Origin: Paracoccus suum
Lineage (GTDB): Bacteria > Pseudomonadota > Alphaproteobacteria > Rhodobacterales > Rhodobacteraceae
Length of the DNA stretch: 32,000 nt
NCBI RefSeq assembly: GCF_003324675.1
Contig: NZ_CP030918.1
Span: forward strand, 1,890,001-1,922,000
Direction of reading: 5' to 3'
Below are positions 8,830-16,519 of this stretch, one piece after another. Every line of letters starts with the position of its first letter. The first letter of the stretch is position 1. Below the pieces are notes generated by a model. It was not told where the DNA came from. It searched no databases and saw only the letters and a program-made list of their open reading frames with translations. A program made the translations under genes and the position numbers.

Positions 8830-11419
8830 TTCCGCTCCGATGGTGGCTGTCGGGCAAGACGTCCCGGACGAAAGCATGGCCGGCGACGACAGCTGCGCGC
8901 GCGAGCCGATCCAGTTTCTGGGCGGCGTGCAGGATTTCGGCTGCCTGCTGGTGCTGTCCACGGACTGGGTGGTCCGCAACGCCTCGGCCAACTGCGGCGC
9001 GGTCCTGGGGATCGAGGCCGAGGCGATGGTCGGCACGCGCCTGATCGAGCATCTGCCCCCCGACGCGATGCACCTGCTGCGCGGCAAGGTCCAGATCCTC
9101 GGGCGTGGCGGCGATGACGGCATCTCGGTATTCGAAGTCGATCTGTTGCAGGACGGCCGCCGCTTTGATATCGCGCTGCACCGCGACGGAGACAACCTGC
9201 TGTTCGATTTCGAGCGCTCGGGCGATGGCACCCATCATGCCGACGCGGCGGTCGTCGGCGCGCTGCTGGCGCGCGTGCGGGCCGCGCCGGATCCGCGCGC
9301 GATGTGCGATATCGCCGCCAACGGCATATGGGCGATGACCGGCTTTGACCGGGTCATGGTCTACAAGTTCGACCCCGACTACAGCGGCGTCGTCATTGCC
9401 GAGGCGCTGGGCGCCGGCGCCGACAGCTACATGGACCAGCGTTTTCCCGCCTCGGACATCCCGGCGCAGGCGCGCGCGCTCTATACCCGCAGCCTGCTGC
9501 GCATCATCGCCGATGTGGACGCGCCGGTGCATCCGCTGGTGCCCGCGGTCGGCCCTGACGGAAAGCCCGTGGATCTGTCGCTGTCGGTCACGCGCGCTGT
9601 CGCGCCCATCCACCTGACCTATCTGCGCAACATGGGCGTCGGCGCCTCCATGTCGGCATCCATCCTGCGCGGCGGCAAGCTGTGGGGCATGATCGCCTGC
9701 CACCATCCCCGCGCGCACTACGTGGATTACAACACCCGCGCCCAGATCGAGCTGTTCACGCGCCTCTTGTCCTACGAGTTGACGCTGGCCGAGATCGCGG
9801 CCGAGGGCGAGCATGCCCGGGCGGCCCATGCGATGCACGAGCGCGTCTCGGCAGCGCTCGCCAGCGGCATCCAGCCGGGGCTGGAACTGTCGATCCTCGC
9901 GCAGGAAATCGGGACCGTCATTGCCTTTGACGGCATGACGCTGATGCTGCGCGGCATCTACGACAGTCAGGGCCTGACGCCGACCGAGGCCGAGCATCGT
10001 GCCCTGCTGTCTGCCCTGGTCGCTGCCGGTCCTGCCAAGGTTTTCGCCACGGACCATCTGGAAGCTGATCTGCCCGGCGTGATCGCCCCCGAGCGTGGGA
10101 TTGGCGGCCTGCTGGCGATCCCGCTGCGCAGTCATCCACGCGAATATGTGCTGCTGCTGCGGCGCGAGGTCACGCAGGATGTGGTCTGGGCGGGCGTTCC
10201 GCAAAAGACCCTGCTGCCGGATGGCCGCCTGTCGCCGCGCAAAAGCTTCGAGGCCTGGCGTGAACAGGTGTCGGGCCACAGCCTTCCCTGGAACGCGGGC
10301 GATCTGCGCGCCGCCGAGGTCCTGCGCATCACGCTGCTGGAAATGGCGCTGAAGCAGACCGCCGACACGAGCCACCGCGATTTGCGCCGCAGCCACTCGC
10401 AAGAGGTCGTCATTGCCGAGTTAAACCACCGCCTGCGCAACATGTTCGGGTTGGTCGGCGGGTTGATCTCGCGCGGGGCTGCTGGCGCCTCGCCCGAGGT
10501 TGGCAAGTTCGCGACCGAGCTGCGCGGCCGGATCGAGGCGCTGGCGCGGGCCAGTGACGTGCTGACCGGAACCAGCGAGGACCAGGACACAACCCTGCGC
10601 CGACTGATCTGCACCGAGATCGAGGCTTTCGCGGGCGACAGCGAACGGCTGCATTTCAGCGGTGGCGACGTCGTTCTCGCGGCCGGGGCGCGCGGCACGA
10701 TGGCACTGGTGATCCACGAGTTGGTGACCAACGCAGTCAAGTACGGCGCGCTGTCCTCGCCCTCCGGCCAGGTCGAGGTTGCCTTTGTCACCGATGGCGA
10801 GGCTGGCGACGAGCGGCCGCTGCGCCTGCGCTGGACCGAACGGGGCGGCCCGGCCGTGCGCCCGCCGAAGCGGAGCGGTTTCGGTAGCACGCTGCTGAGC
10901 AGCGCCATTCCGCACGAGCTGGGGGGCGACGCGCAGGTCAGCTTTGAGGCCACCGGCCTTGCGGCCGAGTTCCTGATCCCGGCCCGCTGCATCGAGGAGG
11001 TGGTCGAGCAGCCCGAGGTTCAGGCCGCCAGCGCCCGGACGGCGGCGGCGCGCGGCGCCCGGCCGCGTTTTACCGGGCGTGCCCTGGTGGTCGAGGACAA
11101 CCTGCTGATCGCCATGAATGCCGCCGATGCGCTGCGCGCGATGGGCGCGGCCGACGTTGTGATTGCCGGCACGATCGCCGACGCGCTGGAGCGGATCGCA
11201 GCGGGCGGGTTCGATCTCGCCATCCTCGATCTCGACTTGGGCGGCAGGCTGTCGACCCCGGTAGCCGAAGCGCTGCGTGCGGCGGGCGTGCCGTTCCTGC
11301 TGGCGACCGGTTATGACGATGGCAGCGGTGCGGCGGCCGCAGTCCTGCGGGACGCCCCGCGGCTGAGCAAGCCCTACAGCAACGACGCTATCGCCGAGGC
11401 CCTGCGCCTTATCGGCTGA
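8822..11419 (+). CDS. bphP: Bacteriophytochrome, PAS-GAF-PHY photosensory module fused to an HWE-type histidine kinase and a C-terminal receiver domain
   Basis: Distal 865 codons of track ORF 8723..11419, starting at the ATG at 8822. Cys25 lies in DDSCAREPIQ. GAF motifs: RFPASDIPAQARALY, PIHLTYLRNMGVGASMSASI, LWGMIACHH. PHY motif: PRKSFEAWREQVSGHSLPW. HWE kinase: ELNHRLRNMF (His536, codon 10427-10429), RLRWTERGGPAV, GFGSTLL. Receiver: RALVVEDN...FDLAILDLDLGG (Asp about 803)...SKP. Confidence 0.92.
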   Translation: MPDSAPMVAVGQDVPDESMAGDDSCAREPIQFLGGVQDFGCLLVLSTDWVVRNASANCGAVLGIEAEAMVGTRLIEHLPPDAMHLLRGKVQILGRGGDDGISVFEVDLLQDGRRFDIALHRDGDNLLFDFERSGDGTHHADAAVVGALLARVRAAPDPRAMCDIAANGIWAMTGFDRVMVYKFDPDYSGVVIAEALGAGADSYMDQRFPASDIPAQARALYTRSLLRIIADVDAPVHPLVPAVGPDGKPVDLSLSVTRAVAPIHLTYLRNMGVGASMSASILRGGKLWGMIACHHPRAHYVDYNTRAQIELFTRLLSYELTLAEIAAEGEHARAAHAMHERVSAALASGIQPGLELSILAQEIGTVIAFDGMTLMLRGIYDSQGLTPTEAEHRALLSALVAAGPAKVFATDHLEADLPGVIAPERGIGGLLAIPLRSHPREYVLLLRREVTQDVVWAGVPQKTLLPDGRLSPRKSFEAWREQVSGHSLPWNAGDLRAAEVLRITLLEMALKQTADTSHRDLRRSHSQEVVIAELNHRLRNMFGLVGGLISRGAAGASPEVGKFATELRGRIEALARASDVLTGTSEDQDTTLRRLICTEIEAFAGDSERLHFSGGDVVLAAGARGTMALVIHELVTNAVKYGALSSPSGQVEVAFVTDGEAGDERPLRLRWTERGGPAVRPPKRSGFGSTLLSSAIPHELGGDAQVSFEATGLAAEFLIPARCIEEVVEQPEVQAASARTAAARGARPRFTGRALVVEDNLLIAMNAADALRAMGAADVVIAGTIADALERIAAGGFDLAILDLDLGGRLSTPVAEALRAAGVPFLLATGYDDGSGAAAAVLRDAPRLSKPYSNDAIAEALRLIG

Positions 11420-12041
11420 GGCGGGCGGCGATCCGGGCCGCGATGGCCTCGGCCGTATCTGTCTCGGTTATGTGCAAGGTTGGCTCGATTGCGCTGTCGG
11501 TGACCACATCGACATTTGCCAGGTCGTTGGCCAGATGCGCCGCGACGGCCTCGGCGGTCAGCCCGTAGCCCTGCCAGCGGGCCGCCAGCCGCGCAGCCAG
11601 CACCGGGCGGGGCACCCGCAGCAGAATGCTTGCGTCCCAAAACTGCGCCAGATCGGCCCAGTCGGGCAGGCGGCAAAGCAGATAGTTTCCTTCGACCAGC
11701 AGCAACCGGTCCTCGGGCCCGATGCGGATGGCCCCCGCGATGGCGGCATCCCGGTCCCGATCAAAGGCGGGCAGGATGACGTCTCCTTCGCCCGCCTTGA
11801 GGCGGCCCAGAGCGTTGGACAGCCCCGCCACGTCGAACGTCTCGGGCGCGCCCTTGCGCCCGCGCATCCCGGCCGCGTCCAGCAGGCGGTTGTCGAGGTG
11901 AAACCCGTCCATCGGCACCACGACAGCCCCAAGATGCGCCGCCAGCGCCGGGGCGAGGGTCGATTTTCCGGCGCCAGGCGGCCCGGCCAACGCGATCAGC
12001 CGCCGCGGCGCCTGGCTCGCGTCGCCCTCGGGCAGATTCAC
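11409..12041 (-). CDS. frcK: P-loop nucleoside/sugar kinase-like protein, FrcK type (last gene of the sugar ABC operon)
   Basis: Track ORF 11409..12125. Walker A LIALAGPPGAGKSTL, then VVPMDGFHLDN, FDRDRD and LLLVEGNYLL (uridine-kinase/PRK-like fold). The GTG at 12041 (VNLPEGD) overlaps the frcA TGA (GTGA). Its position after an frcBCA-like operon matches the frcBCAK layout I recall from Sinorhizobium meliloti. Confidence 0.72.
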   Translation of the reverse strand: MNLPEGDASQAPRRLIALAGPPGAGKSTLAPALAAHLGAVVVPMDGFHLDNRLLDAAGMRGRKGAPETFDVAGLSNALGRLKAGEGDVILPAFDRDRDAAIAGAIRIGPEDRLLLVEGNYLLCRLPDWADLAQFWDASILLRVPRPVLAARLAARWQGYGLTAEAVAAHLANDLANVDVVTDSAIEPTLHITETDTAEAIAARIAARLSR

Positions 12042-12844
12042 GCCATGACGCCTTCGGGCCGGGCGGCGCCGGTCATGTAGGCGACCGCATCCGACATGGA
12101 ATGCGACTTGGGGTCGATGACGCACAGCCGCCGGCCAAGGCGGTGGATATGGATGCGGTCTGCGATCTCGAACACATGCGGCATGTTGTGCGAAATCAGG
12201 ACGATCGGCACCCCCCGCGCGCGCACATCCAGGATCAGGTCCAGCACGCGGCGGCTTTCCTTGACGCCCAGCGCGGCGGTCGGCTCGTCGAGGATGATCA
12301 CCCGGCTGCCAAAGGCGGCGGCGCGGGCCACGGCGATGCCCTGACGCTGACCGCCCGACAGCGTCTCGACCGGCTGGTCGATGGACTGGATCGTCATCAG
12401 CCCTAGTTCGGTCAGCTTTTCACGCGAAAAGCGGGCCATCGCCGGCTTGTCGAGCATGCCCAGCATGCGGCCCAGTGGACCCTTGGTATAAAGCTCGCGG
12501 CCCATGAACATGTTGTCGGCGATGGACAGCGCGGGCGACAGCGCCAGCGTCTGGTAGACGGTCTCGATCCCGGCGCGCTTGGCCTCTAGCGGCGATGCAA
12601 AGCGTATCGGCCGCTCGTCCAGCCGCATCTCGCCCTCATCGGGCTGGAACGCGCCCGACAGCGCCTTGATGAGCGAGGATTTTCCCGCACCGTTATCCCC
12701 GATCACGGCCAGAATCTCGCCGGGATAGAGGTCGAAGTCGGCGCCATCGAGGGCGGTCACGCGGCCATAGCGCTTGACCAGCCCGCGGGCGGTCAGGATC
12801 GGTGCGACACTCGGCGTGGTCGGGGCTTTGGGCGCGATGCTCAT
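12038..12844 (-). CDS. frcA: Sugar ABC transporter ATP-binding protein, single ABC domain
   Basis: Walker A GDNGAGKSSL, signature LSGGQRQ, Walker B VIILDEPTAALG, H-loop ISHNM. The ATG at 12844 (MSIAPK) forms an ATGA overlap with the permease stop. The upstream part of the track ORF (GTG at 12919) overlaps the permease gene. Confidence 0.9.
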   Translation of the reverse strand: MSIAPKAPTTPSVAPILTARGLVKRYGRVTALDGADFDLYPGEILAVIGDNGAGKSSLIKALSGAFQPDEGEMRLDERPIRFASPLEAKRAGIETVYQTLALSPALSIADNMFMGRELYTKGPLGRMLGMLDKPAMARFSREKLTELGLMTIQSIDQPVETLSGGQRQGIAVARAAAFGSRVIILDEPTAALGVKESRRVLDLILDVRARGVPIVLISHNMPHVFEIADRIHIHRLGRRLCVIDPKSHSMSDAVAYMTGAARPEGVMA

Positions 12845-13911
12845 GCGGTCAGCTTTCTGATCCATTGGTCGACGGCGACGGCGATGATGATCAGCCAGCC
12901 GGTGGCAAACAGCTGCCACAACACGTCGACGCCCATCATCTTGAGGCCCGAGTTGAAGACGCCGACGATCAGGGCCCCGATCAGCGGCCCGAGGATCGAG
13001 CCACGCCCGCCAAAGAGGCTGATCCCGCCGATCACCACGGCCGTGATGCTCTCCAGGTTGGCCTCTTGGAACGAGGTCGGCGACAGCGAGCCGACGCGTC
13101 CGATGGAGGCCCAGCCGGCGAGCGCGCAGATCAAGCCGGCCACGATATAGACCGATAGCAGCGTGCGGTCGGTGCGGATGCCCGCCAGTTCGGCCGCCTC
13201 CTTGTCATCGCCTACGGCATAGACGCGCCGGCCCCAGGCAGTGTGGTAGAGCGCGAACCATAGCGCGGCAAAGACCAGCACCAACAGGATGACACTGTAG
13301 GTCAGCGTCGCCCCGCCGAGGTTGAAGCGGGTGCCAAAGAACTTCAGCCACGGCGCCTCGGCATCGATGGTCTGGCTGCGGATCGTCTCGCGGTCGCTGA
13401 TGTAATAGTTGAGGGCAAGGAACACGTTCCAGGTGCCCAATGTGGTAATGAACGGCGGCAGACGCAGGCGGGTGACTAGAAAGCCGTTCAGCAGCCCGGT
13501 GGCGCCGCCGGCCAGCAGTCCGCCGGCCAGGGCGAGCGGCATTGGCAGGCCCAGGCCGATGCCGAGCTTGCCCATCACGACCGAGGTCAGCACCATCACC
13601 GCGCCGACCGACAGGTCGATGCCTGCGGTCAGGATCACCAGGCTCTGCGCCGCCGCCAGGATGCCGACAATGGCCACCTGCTGCAGGATCAGGGACAGGT
13701 TGAAGGCGGAAAAGAAGTTGGGCGCCAGCAGTCCAAACCCGGCCAGCGCCAGCGCCAGCACGATCACCGGCACCATGGTCGGAAAGCGGTGCAGGAAGCG
13801 CTGCATCGATTGCAGCCCGCTGTCGCCATGCGCCGGCTCGAACTGCGCGACCGCTTCGGGCGGGGCTTCGGGCTGGCGTTGCGGCAGCGCGGGGTCGGGG
13901 CGGTCGGACAT
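12841..13911 (-). CDS. frcC: Sugar ABC transporter permease (CUT2/ribose-type)
   Basis: 356 aa and about 9-10 hydrophobic helices, with the typical CUT2 permease segments TAGIDLSVGAVM and GG.SL.GGRGS..G...GAL. Sits between the SBP and ATPase genes. Confidence 0.9.
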   Translation of the reverse strand: MSDRPDPALPQRQPEAPPEAVAQFEPAHGDSGLQSMQRFLHRFPTMVPVIVLALALAGFGLLAPNFFSAFNLSLILQQVAIVGILAAAQSLVILTAGIDLSVGAVMVLTSVVMGKLGIGLGLPMPLALAGGLLAGGATGLLNGFLVTRLRLPPFITTLGTWNVFLALNYYISDRETIRSQTIDAEAPWLKFFGTRFNLGGATLTYSVILLVLVFAALWFALYHTAWGRRVYAVGDDKEAAELAGIRTDRTLLSVYIVAGLICALAGWASIGRVGSLSPTSFQEANLESITAVVIGGISLFGGRGSILGPLIGALIVGVFNSGLKMMGVDVLWQLFATGWLIIIAVAVDQWIRKLTA

Positions 13912-13963
13912 CGGCGGACCTTTGCAAGGGTAGGGGACCGGACTGGCGCGGACAATCTGCGAA

Positions 13964-14003
13964 CGCGCCTTCAGGCGCGCGGCGGGGCCCGGGAAGCTCC
14001 CGG
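13964..14003 (-). other. Two short GC-rich stem-loops in the frcB-frcC intercistronic spacer
   Basis: CCGGGA-agc-TCCCGG (13989-14003) and CGCGCC-ttca-GGCGCG (13964-13979) lie just 3' of the SBP stop (14020-14022). No T-tract follows either one. Likely mRNA-stabilising or attenuating hairpins of the kind common after SBP genes. Confidence 0.4.
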
Positions 14004-14019
14004 ACCCTGCCAGATCAGA

Positions 14020-15048
14020 TCAGCCCCAGCACTGCTCGAGGCCTTCCTCGACCGAGATCGAGGGCACGCCTTCCTGCGGCTCGCCAGTGACGAGGTTCAC
14101 GCCGGTGTTGAAGAAATCGAGGCCCTCGCTGACCTGCGGCTTGGTGCCGTCCTTGGCGAAGGCGGCAATCGCCTCGATCCCCTTGGAGGCCATCAGCAGC
14201 GGGTATTGCTGGCTGGTCGCGCCGATCACGCCCTCCTTGACGTTTTCCACCCCCGGGCAGCCGCCGTCGATCGAGACGATGGTTGCGTCCTTGTCCTTGC
14301 CGGCGCTGCGCAGCGCCTCAAAGGCGCCGGCGGCCGCAGGCTCGTTGATGGTATAGACTAGGTTGATGCCGGGATCGCGCTGCAGCAGCGCCTCCATCGC
14401 GGTGCGCCCGCCTTCCTCGTTGCCCGAGGTCAGTTCCTGCCCGATGATCCGGGGGTCATCCTCGTCGCCCCACTTGGTCTTGTCCTTGGGATCAATCCCG
14501 AAGCCTTCCATGAAGCCTTGGTTGCGCAGCACGTCGACCGAAGGCTGCATCTCGGTCAGGTTCAGCATCGCGACCTTGGCGCTTTCGGCCTTGTCACCCA
14601 GTTTCGCCTTGGCCCAGGCGCCGATCAGGCGGCCAGCCTCGAAGTTGTCGGTCGCAAAGGTCGCGTCGGCGGCGTCGATGGGGTCGAGCGGCGTGTCCAG
14701 CGCGATCACCAGGATCCCCGCATCGCGCGCCTGCTTGACGCTTTCAGTGATCGCCTTGGTGTCCGATGCGACGATCAGGATGCCCTTCACCCCGGAGGCG
14801 ATGCAACTCTCCATCGCTGCCTGCTGGGCTTCGTGGTCGCCATCGACCTTGCCGGCAAAGGTCTTGAGGTCGATCCCGAGTTCCTTGGCCTTGGCGCTGG
14901 CGCCTTCCTTCATCTTGACGAAGAACGGGTTGATGTCGGTCTTGGTGATCAGGCAGGCGCTGGTGGTGCCCTGGGCGCTGGCCATGGTGCCCGAAAGGGC
15001 CAAGGCAGTGGCGCCGGCGAGCAAGGCGCGGCTCATGGTCTTGGTCAT
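14020..15048 (-). CDS. frcB: Sugar ABC transporter periplasmic substrate-binding protein (ribose/fructose-binding family)
   Basis: Track ORF 14020..15159. From the ATG at 15048 it reads [27 protein letters not shown] (signal peptide), then a Peripla_BP_4-like body ([17 protein letters not shown]...GILIVASD...[10 protein letters not shown]...). The upstream part of the ORF is Arg/Gly-rich and unlikely to be coding. Confidence 0.9.
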   Translation of the reverse strand: MTKTMSRALLAGATALALSGTMASAQGTTSACLITKTDINPFFVKMKEGASAKAKELGIDLKTFAGKVDGDHEAQQAAMESCIASGVKGILIVASDTKAITESVKQARDAGILVIALDTPLDPIDAADATFATDNFEAGRLIGAWAKAKLGDKAESAKVAMLNLTEMQPSVDVLRNQGFMEGFGIDPKDKTKWGDEDDPRIIGQELTSGNEEGGRTAMEALLQRDPGINLVYTINEPAAAGAFEALRSAGKDKDATIVSIDGGCPGVENVKEGVIGATSQQYPLLMASKGIEAIAAFAKDGTKPQVSEGLDFFNTGVNLVTGEPQEGVPSISVEEGLEQCWG

Positions 15049-15159
15049 CAAATCTCTCTCCCCTGATGCTCCGATTCCGGTGGCGCGCGGCATCGTTCCC
15101 CCGACCATGCGCGGCCCGGACCTTGCGTCAGTGCAGCATGACCGGGCGGGCGCTGTCAA

Positions 15160-15180
15160 TAAATCAATGATCTTGATTTA
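15160..15180. promoter_or_regulatory. Perfect AT-rich palindrome TAAATCAA-tgatc-TTGATTTA in the frcB/frcR divergent promoter region (candidate ROK-regulator operator)
   Basis: 8-bp arms with a 5-nt spacer, read directly from the sequence. It is the most AT-rich spot in a GC-rich intergenic region. It lies about 20-45 bp upstream of the frcR start candidates and about 112 bp upstream of the frcB ATG. Confidence 0.5.
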
Positions 15181-15200
15181 GTCGGTGCGCTCGCCAGCAT

Positions 15201-16415
15201 GTGGGCATGCCCGTTCGCCCCTCAAACTCGATGCGTCCCGAAACTATGCGCCGCCATAACGAGCGGCTGGTGCTGACTCTTCTGCGGCGGGACGGACCCT
15301 TGGCGCGCAGCGCACTGGCGCAGGCCAGCGGGCTGACGCCGCAGTCCATGTCCAACATCGTGCGCGATCTGCTAGCGCGCGGGCTGATTGCGGCGGAAGG
15401 GCGGGTGCGGGGACGAATCGGCCAACCCAGCGTCCCGCTGTCCCTCGCCCCCGGCGGGGCGTTCTTTCTGGGGCTGCAGGTGGGTCGGCGCAGCGCGCGG
15501 ATGGTGCTGATCGACTTTGCCGGCGCCATCCTCGGCCAGCGCGAGCGGCGCCATCCGCAGGCCGTCCCGCATCCCGACACGGTGCTGGCCTTCGCCACGG
15601 ACGCCGCGGCGGAACTGACCGCCAGCCTCCCGCCCGAGGCGCAGGCCCGCGTCGGTGGCCTCGGGATCGCGATGCCGTTCCGCATGTGGGACTGGGGCGA
15701 TGCCTTTGCGCCCTGGCAGGGCCGGGATCTGCGCGCCGAGGCCGAAGTCGCGACCGGCCTGCCGGCTTGGCTGGAGAACGACGCCTCCTGCGCCTGCGCG
15801 GCCGAGCTGATCTTTGGCCGGCGCGATCTGCCCGATGATTTCCTGCATGTCTACATCGGCCATTATGCCGGCGGTGGGCTGGTGCTGGGCGGTCGGTTGT
15901 GGCTGGGTCCGCGCGGCAATGCCGGGGCTATCGGCTCGACCCCGGTGCCGGGCGGGCCGCCGGCGCTCGCCGTGCCGGGCGCCGCGGCGGGGGCCGCCCA
16001 TGCCGGCGTGACGCAACTGCTGCAACGAGCGTCGCTGGCGGCGCTGGAGGTGCGTGCGGGGAGAGAGTTGCCGCAGGGCGACCCGGTCCCGGACTGGCCG
16101 TTGGCGCCCGCCGTCCGGGCACGCTGGTCGGCCGAGGCAGGCGAGGCAATCGCCTTTGCGGCACTATCGGCGGCCACCATCCTCGATCTGGAGGCGGTGG
16201 TGATCGATGGCGCCTTCGCGCCGGCGCTACGCACGGAGGTGGTGGCCGAGGTCGGCCGCGCCCTGTCGCGCCTGCCCTCTGCCGGGGTCGTGCTGCCGGA
16301 GATACTGGGCGGCACGATGGGCGCCCCGGCGCGGGCCATCGGCGCGGCGGGCCTGCCGCTGGCCGAGGGTTATCTGCTGGAGGTGATCTCTCCCTCGCCA
16401 GCCACCGGCGGCTAG
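15201..16415 (+). CDS. frcR: ROK-family transcriptional regulator
   Basis: N-terminal wHTH RRHNERLVLTLLRRDGPLARSALAQASGLTPQSMSNIVRDLLARGLI, followed by a ROK sugar-kinase-like body (FLGLQVGRRSARMVLIDFAG, GLGIAMP, ENDASCA..AE, G.GLVL.G....G..GNAG.IG). Position 15201 is a GTG; the in-frame ATGs at 15207, 15231 and 15246 are alternatives. Confidence 0.85.
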   Translation: MGMPVRPSNSMRPETMRRHNERLVLTLLRRDGPLARSALAQASGLTPQSMSNIVRDLLARGLIAAEGRVRGRIGQPSVPLSLAPGGAFFLGLQVGRRSARMVLIDFAGAILGQRERRHPQAVPHPDTVLAFATDAAAELTASLPPEAQARVGGLGIAMPFRMWDWGDAFAPWQGRDLRAEAEVATGLPAWLENDASCACAAELIFGRRDLPDDFLHVYIGHYAGGGLVLGGRLWLGPRGNAGAIGSTPVPGGPPALAVPGAAAGAAHAGVTQLLQRASLAALEVRAGRELPQGDPVPDWPLAPAVRARWSAEAGEAIAFAALSAATILDLEAVVIDGAFAPALRTEVVAEVGRALSRLPSAGVVLPEILGGTMGAPARAIGAAGLPLAEGYLLEVISPSPATGG

Positions 16416-16519
16416 GTCAGCCCAAGGTCCTTGGCCCGCCTGCCGCAATAAGCGCCCGCTTGCGCGAAGCGGCGTGGGGCGCGCAAGGTGGCCACCGACA
16501 ATTCCGCGCGGGGCACGAC

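Noticed and set aside
8216-10402. 728-aa ORF on the minus strand, antisense to bphO/bphP
   Set aside because: It lies entirely opposite a gene with textbook phytochrome motifs. Its product is Arg/Ala/Gly/Pro/Gln-rich with no recognisable motif. Long antisense ORFs are the expected artefact of stop-codon depletion in high-G+C DNA.
15899-16519. 5' extension of the kefB-like ORF overlapping frcR
   Set aside because: It overlaps the well-supported ROK regulator in another frame and is Arg/Gly-rich. The membrane protein begins at MTGILMLATLF (ATG at 16520), downstream of the frcR stop.
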